A DNA stretch of 64,000 bases from Candidatus Latescibacterota bacterium (GTDB lineage Bacteria > Latescibacterota > UBA2968 > UBA8231). Of this stretch, positions 49,471-59,248 are shown one piece after another. Each line of letters opens with the position of its first letter. The stretch's first letter is position 1. Where the stretch lies: positions 3,328,001 to 3,392,000 of the forward strand of contig CBDCDC010000002.1 of NCBI GenBank assembly GCA_965215195.1, given 5' to 3'. The position numbers and the translations under genes are program-made. The notes below the pieces were generated by a model, which worked only from the letters and a program-made list of their open reading frames with translations, was not told where the DNA came from and did not search any database.

Positions 49471-51786
49471 ATGAAAGCCCAACTCACCCTCCTCCTCGCC
49501 CTGCTAGTCCCCCTCCCCGCCCTCGGCATCGGCTACGTGTACACCGGCGTGGGCGACGACGGCCGCCAGCACCTCGAACTGACCTCGGTCACTGTGGCTG
49601 TGCAGATCGACGAGCGCATCGCCCGCACGCGCACCGACCAGATCTTCACCAACCACGCCGAATGGGAGGTAGAGGGCATCTACGAATTCACCCTGCCCGA
49701 CGGGGCGATCATCACCGATCTGGTGCTGTGGATCGGCGACAAGCGGATACAGGGTATGGTCCTCGAAAAGGAAGAGGCGCGCCGAACGTACGACGATATT
49801 GTAGGCCGCCGCATCGACCCGGCCCTGATCGAGCAGGTGACCCCCAACCAATTTCGCCTGAGCATCTTCCCCTTTCCGGCCAAGGGCAGCCGCCGCGTCG
49901 AATTCGAGTACATGCAGCTCCTCGAATCCCGCAACGGCCGCCTCGACTACACCTTCCCGCTGGCCCCCGAAACCGACCAGCCCCTGCAAATGGAGCTGTT
50001 CGTGCTGCGCGCCCAAGTGCGCAGCCAGCACACCTTTGAGGCCACGACCTCGGGGCTGCCGCGGCTCACCGAGATAAACCGGCCCGACGCGCACCGCGCC
50101 AATATCTTCTTCGGCGACGAGCAGATAAGGCCCCGGGAGGACTTTACCCTGACCATCCGCCAGACCGACGACCGGCCCAAGCCGACCGTGCTCAGCTTTG
50201 CGCCGCAGGAGAACGACGACTTAGGGTACTACGCCCTGTGGCTGCCGCCCCTGCCCGAGTTGACGCAAGGCGAACCCCTGTCGCGCAGCCTGACCTTTGT
50301 CATCGACATTTCGTCGAGCATGCAGCAGGGCAAGCTCCAAGCCGTCAAAGGCGCACTCGCCGCAGCGATTGACGCGCTGGATCCAGCGGACCTGTTCAAC
50401 ATTGTCGTCTTCACCCACCGGGCCGACTCCTTTGCCGCCGCCCCGGTGCCCGCCGATCCGGCCAACAAGAAGGCGGCCACGGCCTTCATCAACCGGCAGG
50501 ACGCGCTCGGCGTGAGCAATTTTGAGGCGGGATTGGGCCACGCCATGCAGCAGGCCTTTCCCGTCGGCCGGGTCAACCACGTCGTCTTCCTCACCGACGG
50601 CCTGCCCACCCTCGGCGAAGTCGGACTGGAGCCTTTGAGCGAGTTGGTCGGCCAGTGGTCCGCTGACCAAGTGCGTCTCTTCACCATCGGCGTGGGTCGG
50701 GACGTGGACCAAGGTTTTTTGAGCGGCTTAGCCGAAGAGCACCGCGGCGAGGCGTACTTCCTCTCGGACGAAGGCGATATCGAGGCGGCGCTCCAAGAAC
50801 TGTTTGAGTCCTTCACCTTTCCCGTCTTGCTGCTCGACGAGCTGAGCTTCGACCAAGTGGAAATCCACGACATCCACCCACGCGGGGTGGAAGCCCTCGC
50901 GGCCGGCCGCGAACTGTTCCAAGTGGGCCGCTACCGGGACGGTGGGATTTTCACGTTGAGCGTGACCGGCCGCGTGGGGGAAGAAAATGTAAGCGTGGAC
51001 TTCCCGCTGGAGTTTACCCAGACCGATGTCTCGGGCAACTTGATTCCCCGGCTGTGGGCTTACCAGAAGATCCAAGCCCTCGAAGAGCAGATCGCCCGCT
51101 TTGGCGAGCAACAGGAACTGCTCAACGACATTCTTGCGCTGGGCTTAGACTACCAGCTAGTGACGCGGCGCACCTCCCTGTTTGCCCCGGACGACGGCGT
51201 CGAGGTCAATCCCCAACCGCGCGATGGGGAGGTGGCGTTAAACTTCGGCGATTTCGGCGACTTATTTGGCACTACAGACATCAACGACGCCCGCCCGACG
51301 ACCCACTGGTTGGGCCGCGACTTCGTGCTACAGGACGAAGTGTGGATTGATACAGCTTACCAGCCGGGTATGCTCAAGGAGCTGTACGAAGGCCGCACCT
51401 ATCAGCCCGCCGAGCTAGCCAACTTTGCCCGGTTGGGCCAAGCCATGCTCGTGGTGGTGGAAGAGCAAGCCTACGAGATCCGCGCGGACGCCCAAGGCAG
51501 CCGGCCGGTGCTCCTGCAGAACGCCCCCAACCCCTTCAACGCCTCCACGGCAATCTCCTTCCTGATACCGTTCCGCCTCGCGGAAGAGGCGACTCGCCTG
51601 AGCATCTACAACTTGGCGGGCCAGCTCGTGCGCGTCCTGCAGCTCGATACGCAACAGGCCGGCGAACACACCCTGAGTTGGGATGGCCGCGACGACTACG
51701 GCCGCGCAGTGGCCAGCGGGGTGTACATCTATCGACTCGATGTGGGCGAGTGGGCCGTGCAGCGGCGCATGTTGCTGCTGCGCTGA
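49471..51786 (+). CDS. VIT + vWA domain secreted protein with FlgD-Ig C-terminal domain
   Basis: EGIYEFTLP/DPALIE (VIT), DISSSM and LTDGLPT (MIDAS), LLQNAPNPFN...IYNLAGQLVR...WDGRD..G..VASGVY. Confidence 0.88.
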   Translation: MKAQLTLLLALLVPLPALGIGYVYTGVGDDGRQHLELTSVTVAVQIDERIARTRTDQIFTNHAEWEVEGIYEFTLPDGAIITDLVLWIGDKRIQGMVLEKEEARRTYDDIVGRRIDPALIEQVTPNQFRLSIFPFPAKGSRRVEFEYMQLLESRNGRLDYTFPLAPETDQPLQMELFVLRAQVRSQHTFEATTSGLPRLTEINRPDAHRANIFFGDEQIRPREDFTLTIRQTDDRPKPTVLSFAPQENDDLGYYALWLPPLPELTQGEPLSRSLTFVIDISSSMQQGKLQAVKGALAAAIDALDPADLFNIVVFTHRADSFAAAPVPADPANKKAATAFINRQDALGVSNFEAGLGHAMQQAFPVGRVNHVVFLTDGLPTLGEVGLEPLSELVGQWSADQVRLFTIGVGRDVDQGFLSGLAEEHRGEAYFLSDEGDIEAALQELFESFTFPVLLLDELSFDQVEIHDIHPRGVEALAAGRELFQVGRYRDGGIFTLSVTGRVGEENVSVDFPLEFTQTDVSGNLIPRLWAYQKIQALEEQIARFGEQQELLNDILALGLDYQLVTRRTSLFAPDDGVEVNPQPRDGEVALNFGDFGDLFGTTDINDARPTTHWLGRDFVLQDEVWIDTAYQPGMLKELYEGRTYQPAELANFARLGQAMLVVVEEQAYEIRADAQGSRPVLLQNAPNPFNASTAISFLIPFRLAEEATRLSIYNLAGQLVRVLQLDTQQAGEHTLSWDGRDDYGRAVASGVYIYRLDVGEWAVQRRMLLLR

Positions 51787-51882
51787 GGGCCGAACCTAGC
51801 GATCTCAAAGCAAACGCGAAAAAGCGCCCGATGCTGGTGGAGCATCGGGCGCTTTGCTGGATTCGGTCTTGGGCAGCGGTGT

Positions 51883-52635
51883 TTAGTGCTCGCTGATGCT
51901 GCCCATGTGGATTTCGATGTCCTCGCGGTTGGCTACCCGCTCTAACCGCCCATCGCGGATCCAAGCCATGCGATCGGCCGCGGTGAGCATTTTGTCGTCG
52001 TGGGTCACGGTAATGATCGTCGTCCCCATCTCCTGCTGCAGGCTTTTCATGTAGTTGATGATCTCCTGCCCGGTGTTGCTGTCGAGGTTGCCGGTCGGCT
52101 CGTCGGCGAGGATGATGCGCGGCTTGTTGACGAAGGCGCGGGCAATGGCTACGCGCTGCTGCTGGCCGCCCGACAGCTCGGAGGGAATGTGGTGCGCCCT
52201 ATCGCCTAGGCCGACGATCTTCAAACATTCCATGGCCCGCCTTTCGCCCTCGGCCGTGGTCATGCCGGCAAACACCGTGGGCAGCGACACGTTCATTAGC
52301 GCACTCATCACCGGCAAAAGATTGTAGGTCTGAAAAATGTAACCCAACTCAAAACAGCGCACGGCCGCTAGCTGCTGCGCGTTGAGCATGGCCAGATTGA
52401 CGCCCTCGATGAGCACCTCGCCGTCGGTGGGCGTCTGCAGAGCGCCGATCATGTTAAAAAGCGTGCTCTTCCCCGACCCAGAAGGCCCCATAATGGCAAA
52501 AAACTCGTTTTCGTACACCTTCACGCTCAAACCGCGCAGCGCGTGAACATGAGTCGATTCGTCGCGGTTTTTGGCATTGTAAACCATCTTGACGTCTTGG
52601 ACGTCGACGATTACATCGCGGCCATTTCCCTGCAT
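51883..52635 (-). CDS. ABC transporter ATP-binding protein (LolD/MacB-like)
   Basis: [35 protein letters not shown]. Confidence 0.92.
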   Translation of the reverse strand: MQGNGRDVIVDVQDVKMVYNAKNRDESTHVHALRGLSVKVYENEFFAIMGPSGSGKSTLFNMIGALQTPTDGEVLIEGVNLAMLNAQQLAAVRCFELGYIFQTYNLLPVMSALMNVSLPTVFAGMTTAEGERRAMECLKIVGLGDRAHHIPSELSGGQQQRVAIARAFVNKPRIILADEPTGNLDSNTGQEIINYMKSLQQEMGTTIITVTHDDKMLTAADRMAWIRDGRLERVANREDIEIHMGSISEH

Positions 52636-52722
52636 AATGTACTCCTAATTTGATGTTGTTCTTCCAAGAACGGATCAATCTAAAATGGACAGCACCGCAG
52701 GTCAAATTTGGCGGCGCACCTT

Positions 52723-54717
52723 TCAACTCACTTGCTGCTCCTTGATCCGGGTGATTTCATCGCGCAAATGCGCGGCCTTTTCAAACTCCAAGTTGGTCGC
52801 CGCGGCCTTCATCTGCTGCTCCAAGTCGGCGAGCAGCTCCTCTTGGTCTTCTATCTCTTGGTAGTTGACCGTCGGCTCGGCTACCAATTCGGGCGCAACG
52901 CCGCGCACACTTTCGAGCACTGAGGTCGCCTGAATGATCTCTTCCCGACTGCGGTATATGGTCTCCGGCACGATGGCGTGTTCGGCGTTGTACGCCTCCT
53001 GCTTGTGGCGGCGGCGATAGGTCTCGTCTATGGCCTTCTGCATCGAATTGGTGACGCGATCGGCGTAGAAGATGACCTTGCCGGCCGCGTTGCGGGCCGC
53101 GCGACCAATGGTTTGGATCAGGGCGATCTCCGAGCGCAGAAAGCCCTCCTTGCTGGCGTCGAGCACGGCCACCAGCGAGACCTCGGGCAAATCCAAGCCT
53201 TCGCGCAGCAGGTTGATCCCCACCAGCACGTCAAACTCCCCTAAGCGCAAGTCGCGGAGGATCTCGACGCGGTCCAACGTCTCGATATCCGAATGCAGGT
53301 AGCGCACTCGGATGTCGAGCTGTTCAAAGTAGTCGGCGAGATTTTCGGCCATGCGCTTGGTCATGGTTGTGACCAAGATCCGCTCGCTCCTTTCGGCCCG
53401 CTGCCGTATCTCCTCGACGAGGTCGTCGATCTGCCCCTCTTGGGGCTTCACCTCAATGGAGGGATCGACCAACCCCGTGGGCCGGATCACCTGCTCAACC
53501 ACCACCCCGCCCGACTGCTTGAGTTCGTACTCGGCTGGCGTGGCCGACACGAAGACCGTCCATCCCATCCGCTCCTCAAATTCTCCGAATACCAGCGGTC
53601 GATTGTCGTAGGCCGACGGCAGGCGGAAGCCGTGCTCAACCAAGGTCTCCTTGCGCGAGCGGTCGCCGCGAAACATGCCGCGGATCTGCGGCACAGTAAC
53701 GTGCGACTCGTCGATAAAAAGCAGGTAATCCTCCGGGAAGTAATCGAGCAACACATACGGAGCGGATCCCGGCTGGCGGCCATCCATATAGCGCGAGTAG
53801 TTCTCGATCCCCGGACAGAAGCCGACCTCGCGGATGAGTTCCACGTCGTATTTGGTGCGCGTCTCGAGGCGATGCGCCTCCACTAGCTTGTTTTCGGTGC
53901 GCAGGTCGAGGAGGTGATGCTCCAGCTCAACGAGAATTTGCTCGCAGGCTTGCTCCGTCCGCTCCTCGTCGGTCACGTAGGCTTTGGCCGGGAAGAGGCT
54001 GACGTGTTCGCGCGGCTCCAACATGTGGCCGGTGAGTGCGTCGATCAGGTAAATGCCCTCGATCTCGTCGCCAAACATCTCGATGCGCACGGCGCGCTCT
54101 TCCGACCCAGGCACGATCTCGACGATATCGCCCCGCACCCGAAAGCAGCCGCGTTGCAGCTCGAAATCATTGCGGCTGTAATAGATGTCTATCAAGGCGC
54201 GCAAAATATCGTCGCGCTCGATCTGCTCGCCCCGCCGCAGGGAGACCTTTTGCTCGTCGTATTCGCGGGGCGAGCCAATGCCGTAAATGCACGAGACTGT
54301 GGCGACGACGATCACATCGCGGCGCTGCAACAGCGAGGTGATGGCCTTGAGCCGCAAGCGGTCTATCTCCTCATTGCGCTCGACCTCCTTCTCGATGTAC
54401 GTGTCCGTACTCGGCTTGTAGGCTTCGGGCTGATAGTAGTCGTAGTAGCTGACGAAATACTCGACCGCATTGTCGGGGAAATATCCCTTGAGTTCGCCGT
54501 AGAGCTGGGCGGCCAGCGTCTTGTTGTGCGAGATGACCAAAGCCGGCATCTGCAATTCCTCGATGACGTTGGCCATGGTGAAGGTTTTGCCGCTGCCCGT
54601 CACGCCCAAAAGCGTCTGGTGGGCGTGCTGCTGCCGCACGCCCTCGACCAGCTCGGCGATGGCTTGGGGTTGGTCGCCCGCAGGCGCGTATTCGGAAATT
54701 AGCTTGAACTGCTCCAT
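52723..54717 (-). CDS. uvrB: excinuclease ABC subunit B
   Basis: [30 protein letters not shown]-terminal UVR domain. Confidence 0.98.
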   Translation of the reverse strand: MEQFKLISEYAPAGDQPQAIAELVEGVRQQHAHQTLLGVTGSGKTFTMANVIEELQMPALVISHNKTLAAQLYGELKGYFPDNAVEYFVSYYDYYQPEAYKPSTDTYIEKEVERNEEIDRLRLKAITSLLQRRDVIVVATVSCIYGIGSPREYDEQKVSLRRGEQIERDDILRALIDIYYSRNDFELQRGCFRVRGDIVEIVPGSEERAVRIEMFGDEIEGIYLIDALTGHMLEPREHVSLFPAKAYVTDEERTEQACEQILVELEHHLLDLRTENKLVEAHRLETRTKYDVELIREVGFCPGIENYSRYMDGRQPGSAPYVLLDYFPEDYLLFIDESHVTVPQIRGMFRGDRSRKETLVEHGFRLPSAYDNRPLVFGEFEERMGWTVFVSATPAEYELKQSGGVVVEQVIRPTGLVDPSIEVKPQEGQIDDLVEEIRQRAERSERILVTTMTKRMAENLADYFEQLDIRVRYLHSDIETLDRVEILRDLRLGEFDVLVGINLLREGLDLPEVSLVAVLDASKEGFLRSEIALIQTIGRAARNAAGKVIFYADRVTNSMQKAIDETYRRRHKQEAYNAEHAIVPETIYRSREEIIQATSVLESVRGVAPELVAEPTVNYQEIEDQEELLADLEQQMKAAATNLEFEKAAHLRDEITRIKEQQVS

Positions 54718-54900
54718 GAACCCTCCTTGCTAGGCGGCCAATCTAGCCGAGTGGCAGCACCCTGTCAATGCGCCTCCGGCTTCTGCTGACAAGATAACAC
54801 ACTTTTGCTGCCATCATATCACTATTAGCTGATTTGCAAATTGCTCATTTATTGCCGTATTTTATTATAAAACAAGATGTTATTTCCATTTGGCAAATCG

Positions 54901-54916
54901 CGGCACCTATATTGCT
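54901..54916 (+). promoter_or_regulatory. sigma54-type (-24/-12) promoter with upstream IHF-like site
   Basis: CGGCACCTATATTGCT fits GG-N10-GC; AAACAAGATGTTA at 54870-54882 resembles WATCAA-N4-TTR in an AT-rich tract. Confidence 0.55.
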
Positions 54917-54930
54917 TATGTATCTTGCTT

Positions 54931-54983
54931 ATGAAAAGGGCAATAGCGTTTCACGTCGCGGATCTGAACAGCAGGATTCCCTG
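54931..54983 (+). pseudogene. degenerate hicB 3' fragment
   Basis: ATGAAAAGGGCAATAGCGTTTCACGTCG...GGATTCCCTG resembles 55592-55646 of the intact hicB. Confidence 0.6.
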
Positions 54984-55024
54984 ACCCACGCGATATGAAG
55001 GGATAGAGATAAAAGAAACTTACT

Positions 55025-55282
55025 ATGAAAGTGCATGAATTCACGGTCATTTTAACAGCCGATCCCAACGAAGAAGAATCGGATCGGCTCTACAGCATCT
55101 TCAATGACGGTACGCTTGTCACGATGGCTGGTATGCCGCGGATCCACTTTCACCGGGAAGCACTGTCGTTGGAGGACGCCATCGGTTCGGCGCTGGCACA
55201 CGTCAGAAAAGCAGGCTTTGATGCGGTCCGAGTGGAAATCGAACCGCTAAACGTTACCGCGAAATCAAGCGCGATCACGTAG
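55025..55282 (+). CDS. small hypothetical protein, possibly HicB-fold antitoxin-like
   Basis: F.REA.SLEDAI.SA...V..AG pattern; TA context. Confidence 0.5.
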   Translation: MKVHEFTVILTADPNEEESDRLYSIFNDGTLVTMAGMPRIHFHREALSLEDAIGSALAHVRKAGFDAVRVEIEPLNVTAKSSAIT

Positions 55283-55295
55283 TGATTCTTGATTT

Positions 55296-55484
55296 ATGAA
55301 GGTCCGAGAGGTGGTGCGAATGCTCGAAAGGGACGGCTGGCACCAAGTCAGAATGCGTGGAAGTCATCGGCAATTCAAACACTCTGCCAAGTGAGAGCTG
55401 GTGACGGTGCCCGGACATTTAGGCGACGATCTGGCTATTGGCACTCTTAACAGCATATTGAAGAAAGCAGGGCTAAAAGAATGA
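55296..55484 (+). pseudogene. hicA: HicA toxin with in-frame TGA
   Basis: MKVREVVRMLERDGWHQVRMRGSHRQFKHSAK*ELVTVPGH..DDLAIGTLNSILKKAGL; TGA at 55392. Confidence 0.88.
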
Positions 55485-55693
55485 AGTACCTAATCGTCGT
55501 GGAAAAGACCGAGACGGGATTCTCGGCGTACTCGCCGGATCTCTTAGGTTGCGTGGCTACAGGTGCCACCGAAGAAGAAACCGAAGCGAATATGAAGGAA
55601 GCGATCGCGTTTCACGTCGAGGGCCTGAAGCAGGAGGGATTCCCTGTGCCGCAGCCCTCGGCGAAGTCCGCTTACGTTGAAGTCGCAGCATAA
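55481..55693 (+). CDS. hicB: HicB antitoxin
   Basis: SAYSPDL.GCVATG.T.EE...NMKEAI.FH.EGL; ATGA overlap with hicA. Confidence 0.9.
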   Translation: MKYLIVVEKTETGFSAYSPDLLGCVATGATEEETEANMKEAIAFHVEGLKQEGFPVPQPSAKSAYVEVAA

Positions 55694-55749
55694 GGTCGGC
55701 TAGCAGCAAATTCTCTAACCAACAATCCAATCCTCTAAAGGAATACATC

Positions 55750-55872
55750 ATGAGCCCCCTACTCAAATACAAAGAAGAACTGAAAGAATTCTTAGAATAC
55801 TGTGAGTTAGCTGTCGAGAAGACGGGAAACACCCTCATCAAGCGCGATCACGTAGTAATAACCCCAACCTAA
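55750..55872 (+). CDS. 40 aa small ORF or gene stub
   Basis: AAAGGA RBS; [40 protein letters not shown]; runs through the second 20 bp repeat. Confidence 0.3.
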   Translation: MSPLLKYKEELKEFLEYCELAVEKTGNTLIKRDHVVITPT

Positions 55873-55886
55873 GAAAGGACAACACA

Positions 55887-57806
55887 ATGGCTAAAGTCAT
55901 CGGCATCGACTTGGGCACCACCAACTCGTGCGTGGCCGTCATCGAGGGCCAAGACCCCGAGGTCATCGCCAACTCCGAAGGGGGCCGCACCACGCCCTCC
56001 ATGGTGGCCTTCACCAAAGACGGCGAGCGCCTCGTCGGCCAGACCGCCAAGCGCCAAGCCGTCACCAACCCGCAGAACACGATCTATTCGATCAAGCGCT
56101 TCATGGGCCGCCGCTACGGCGAAGTCGCCAACGAAATCAGCGAAGTCCCCTACGAAGTGGCCCCCGGTGGCCGCGACATGGCCGTGGCCGAAATCGACGG
56201 CGAGGAATACACGCCGCCGGAAATCTCGGCCATGATCTTGCAAAAGATGAAGCAGACAGCCGAAGACTATCTAGGCGAGGAAGTGCAACAAGCCGTCGTC
56301 ACCGTCCCGGCGTACTTCAACGATGCCCAACGCCAAGCCACCAAGGATGCGGGCACCATCGCCGGCTTGGAGGTCTTGCGCATCGTCAACGAGCCGACCG
56401 CCGCGGCCCTCGCCTACGGCTTGGACAAGGGCGGCACCAACGAGCAGATCGCCGTGTACGACCTCGGCGGCGGCACCTTCGACATTTCGATTTTAGAATT
56501 GGGCGACGGAGTCTTCGAGGTCAAATCCACCAACGGCGATACGCATCTGGGGGGCGACGATTTCGACCAGGAGATCATCAACTGGCTCGCCGAGGAATTC
56601 CAGCGCAACGAAGGCATCGACCTGCGCCGCGACCCCATGGCCCTGCAACGGCTCAAAGAGGCGGCCGAAAAGGCCAAGATCGAGCTGTCTTCCTCCACTT
56701 CGACCGAAATCAACCTGCCCTTTATCACCGCCGATCAGACCGGGCCCAAGCACTTGCAAACCACCTTGTCCCGCGCCCAGTTCGAGCGCTTGGTCGACGA
56801 CCTAATTGAGCGCACCAAGGCCCCCTGTCAGCAGGCTCTCGCAGACGCCGAGTTGCAAGCCAGCGACATCGACCAAGTGATTTTGGTCGGCGGCTCAACG
56901 CGCATCCCCAAAATCCAAGAGACCATCCAAGCCCTCTTCAACCAAGAGCCGAATCGCGGCGTCAATCCCGACGAGGTGGTGGCCTTGGGTGCGGCCATCC
57001 AAGCCGGCGTGCTCGCCGGCGACGTCGACGACGTGCTGCTCCTCGACGTCACCCCGCTCTCGCTGGGGATCGAAACCATGGGCGGGGTGATGACGCGGCT
57101 GATCGACCGCAACACCACCATCCCCACCAAGAAGAGCCAGATCTTTTCCACGGCCTCGGACAACCAGCCCTCGGTTGAGGTCCACGTGCTGCAAGGCGAG
57201 CGCGAGTTTGCCAACGACAACCGCACCCTCGGCCGCTTCCACCTCGACGGCATCCCCGTAGCCCCGCGCGGCATGCCCCAGATCGAGGTGACCTTCGACA
57301 TCGACGCCAACGGCATCCTCAATGTCGCGGCCAAGGACAAGGGCACCAACAAAGAGCAATCCATCCACATTGAGTCGTCCTCGGGCCTGAGTCAAGACGA
57401 GATCGACAAGATGCAGCAGGACGCCGAGTCCCATGCCGACGAGGACAAAAAGCGTCGCGAGTCCGTAGATCGCCGCAACGAGGCCGACCAGCTCATTTAC
57501 GCGGCGGAAAAATCGCTCGCCGAACACGGCGACAAGCTAGCTGACGCCGACAAGAAAGGCGTTGAGGACGCGGTCGTCGCGCTCAAGGAAGCACTCGAAG
57601 GCACGGACGACGAGGCCATCAAGCAGGCCATGGCCGCGCTGCAACAAGCGTCGCACAAGCTAGCCGAGGAAATGTACAAGGACGCCCAAGCCCAGCAGGC
57701 GCAGGGCGGGCCAGCGCCCGAAGGCGACGCCGGTCAGCCGCAAGGAAGCAGCGACACGGGTCCAGTCGATGCCGACTTCAAGGTCGTTGACGACGACAAG
57801 AAGTAG
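55887..57806 (+). CDS. dnaK: chaperone DnaK
   Basis: [49 protein letters not shown]. Confidence 0.99.
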   Translation: MAKVIGIDLGTTNSCVAVIEGQDPEVIANSEGGRTTPSMVAFTKDGERLVGQTAKRQAVTNPQNTIYSIKRFMGRRYGEVANEISEVPYEVAPGGRDMAVAEIDGEEYTPPEISAMILQKMKQTAEDYLGEEVQQAVVTVPAYFNDAQRQATKDAGTIAGLEVLRIVNEPTAAALAYGLDKGGTNEQIAVYDLGGGTFDISILELGDGVFEVKSTNGDTHLGGDDFDQEIINWLAEEFQRNEGIDLRRDPMALQRLKEAAEKAKIELSSSTSTEINLPFITADQTGPKHLQTTLSRAQFERLVDDLIERTKAPCQQALADAELQASDIDQVILVGGSTRIPKIQETIQALFNQEPNRGVNPDEVVALGAAIQAGVLAGDVDDVLLLDVTPLSLGIETMGGVMTRLIDRNTTIPTKKSQIFSTASDNQPSVEVHVLQGEREFANDNRTLGRFHLDGIPVAPRGMPQIEVTFDIDANGILNVAAKDKGTNKEQSIHIESSSGLSQDEIDKMQQDAESHADEDKKRRESVDRRNEADQLIYAAEKSLAEHGDKLADADKKGVEDAVVALKEALEGTDDEAIKQAMAALQQASHKLAEEMYKDAQAQQAQGGPAPEGDAGQPQGSSDTGPVDADFKVVDDDKK

Positions 57807-57831
57807 GGGACGTTAAATACGCGACGCCATC

Positions 57832-57899
57832 GTAGGGGCACCCCCTTGTGGCATTTGTTCCAACTATTGGTCTAGAACAGATGCCCTTGTGGGTGCCCT
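57832..57899. repeat. GTAG-type REP-like palindrome interrupted by a 32 bp insert
   Basis: GTAGGGGCACC-CCCTTGTGG-[CATTTGTTC...GAACAGATG]-CCCTTGTGG-GTGCCC. Confidence 0.6.
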
Positions 57900-57916
57900 T
57901 ATTGTATCAGGGGTGG

Positions 57917-58399
57917 TCAGTGCGGCCTGAATTTGAACAGAACGTAGATTGCAAACGCACGCCGGTCCCTAGTGGCTGCATTCTCGAACTGGGTTATCGC
58001 TCTCTCGGTTTCGTCAATGAGTTGCAGGACGTCGGAGCGGGAAAAGTTTGCTTCGGGGTCATAGTCGGCAGCGTGGCGTTGACGCTGCATAACGGCGAAT
58101 GATTCCCCAAATTTTCGGATTTCCGCCGGAAATCTGCTCATCATAGGCCGGTCGCATTGATTTTTGGCGTGTCCGTGTTCCAAAGCGCGATAGATCTGAC
58201 GCCACGCGGGCTGGCTTCGGGTGGCGCGGGTGGCACCGCCTAGCAGATCGGCACCACAGCGAGCGAGGGTATGGAACAGCGCGTAATAAGCCGTGCTTAC
58301 GGCGCGGCGCAGTTCGGCTTGCCGGGGCCGCCCTCGGTTCCCGCCGACGGCCCCGGACGCTAATTGCTTGGCGATTCTAATCAGGTCGTGCGAATTCAC
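57917..58399 (-). CDS. HEPN-like domain protein (putative toxin)
   Basis: RRAVSTAYYALFH and QRHAADYD motifs; GTG 58399. Confidence 0.7.
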   Translation of the reverse strand: MNSHDLIRIAKQLASGAVGGNRGRPRQAELRRAVSTAYYALFHTLARCGADLLGGATRATRSQPAWRQIYRALEHGHAKNQCDRPMMSRFPAEIRKFGESFAVMQRQRHAADYDPEANFSRSDVLQLIDETERAITQFENAATRDRRAFAIYVLFKFRPH

Positions 58400-58709
58400 T
58401 GTACTTGCTCCCGTAGATTTCCTCCCATTCCGATTTTTCCACAAACGATTTGGAGGGAAGATGGGGCAATTCCTCTCTCGTCACGTTTTGAAGTATGAGA
58501 TCAACGAGACCCAACGTCCAATCGGGGTCCAGTCGTTTCTGGTCGCCATCGAATACGATGTAAATGTGCAGATATTCGTCGCCATCGTGATCGACTTTGG
58601 GTACTACGACAATTGGATCAAATACGAATTCTTCTTTGAATCGGTCAGCCAGCGCTTTTCTGACGATATTGGCGACTTTTTGACTAACGGCTTCTGTGGT
58701 CATGCTCAT
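58377..58709 (-). CDS. minimal nucleotidyltransferase-like partner of HEPN
   Basis: Small acidic protein with DHDGDEYL.I.IVF; overlaps the HEPN gene start. Confidence 0.5.
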   Translation of the reverse strand: MSMTTEAVSQKVANIVRKALADRFKEEFVFDPIVVVPKVDHDGDEYLHIYIVFDGDQKRLDPDWTLGLVDLILQNVTREELPHLPSKSFVEKSEWEEIYGSKYSEFARPD

Positions 58710-58760
58710 GTTCTCCTTTTTAGGGAGGGTAGGTGCTGGTCTGAGCTAGATCGAGAAATG

Positions 58761-58812
58761 CGAAACCCCTTCATCACCTCGTCCCCCAAGTGGTTGATGA
58801 CCTTCACGGCGA
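58761..58812 (-). repeat. 52 bp duplicate of the MTase 3' end
   Basis: Matches 59256-59307 with 2 mismatches (encodes AVKVINHLGDEVMK). Confidence 0.9.
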
Positions 58813-58825
58813 AATCCTTTTGTGG

Positions 58826-58975
58826 CTACCGTCGCTCAAAGCGAAGTCTGACTCGCAAATTTATTCGTTCCGGTGTGAGAATTTCTTCAACGTAGCGCTC
58901 AACATAGACATTTCGACAGTGAAGAATGGCCTGCTCTACCTTCTCCAAATAGGCGACCAGTACCTCATGCAACAT
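58826..58975 (-). pseudogene. truncated DUF6516/TumE-like toxin, N-terminus only
   Basis: MLHEVLVAYLEKVEQAILHCRNVYVERYVEEILTPERINLRVRLRF then stop; overlaps the antitoxin stop. Confidence 0.6.
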
Positions 58976-59195
58976 CGGGTAGACTCTCCGCTAGTTTTCG
59001 ACGGAGTTGCAAATAGTGGCGGTAGTCATTGGCCCAATCAACGAATACTGCGTCGTCGGCTAGTTGGCCCCGGCTGTACTGGTCAAAGAATTCTTCTGAA
59101 TCCATCTGTTGCTGGTTTTCGTAGGTACTCAACCGCTTGGTCACTGCAATGAGCGCGTCGATAGGCGAAGTGTATTGGATGGTTTGTTTTTTCAT
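58965..59195 (-). CDS. TumA-like antitoxin
   Basis: YTSP.DAL....KRL..YE....M.SEEFF..Y..G.L.DD..FV.W..DY.HYL; GAGG RBS. Confidence 0.65.
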   Translation of the reverse strand: MKKQTIQYTSPIDALIAVTKRLSTYENQQQMDSEEFFDQYSRGQLADDAVFVDWANDYRHYLQLRRKLAESLPDVA

Positions 59196-59248
59196 GGGAA
59201 CCTCTTCTCGCTAGTCAATGAGTAATGGTGATCGTCGTTATCCGACCC

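Larger units (their letters stand above)
55264..55856. repeat. 20 bp direct repeats flanking hicAB
   Basis: ATCAAGCGCGATCACGTAGT at 55264-55283 and 55837-55856. Confidence 0.9.

Noticed and set aside
55392-55394. TGA in hicA as selenocysteine or recoding
   Set aside because: Not a Cys position, no SECIS recognised, and TGA is used as a normal stop throughout the window.
54931-55886. Integron cassette array
   Set aside because: No attC-like palindromes or integron integrase seen; only one direct-repeat pair.
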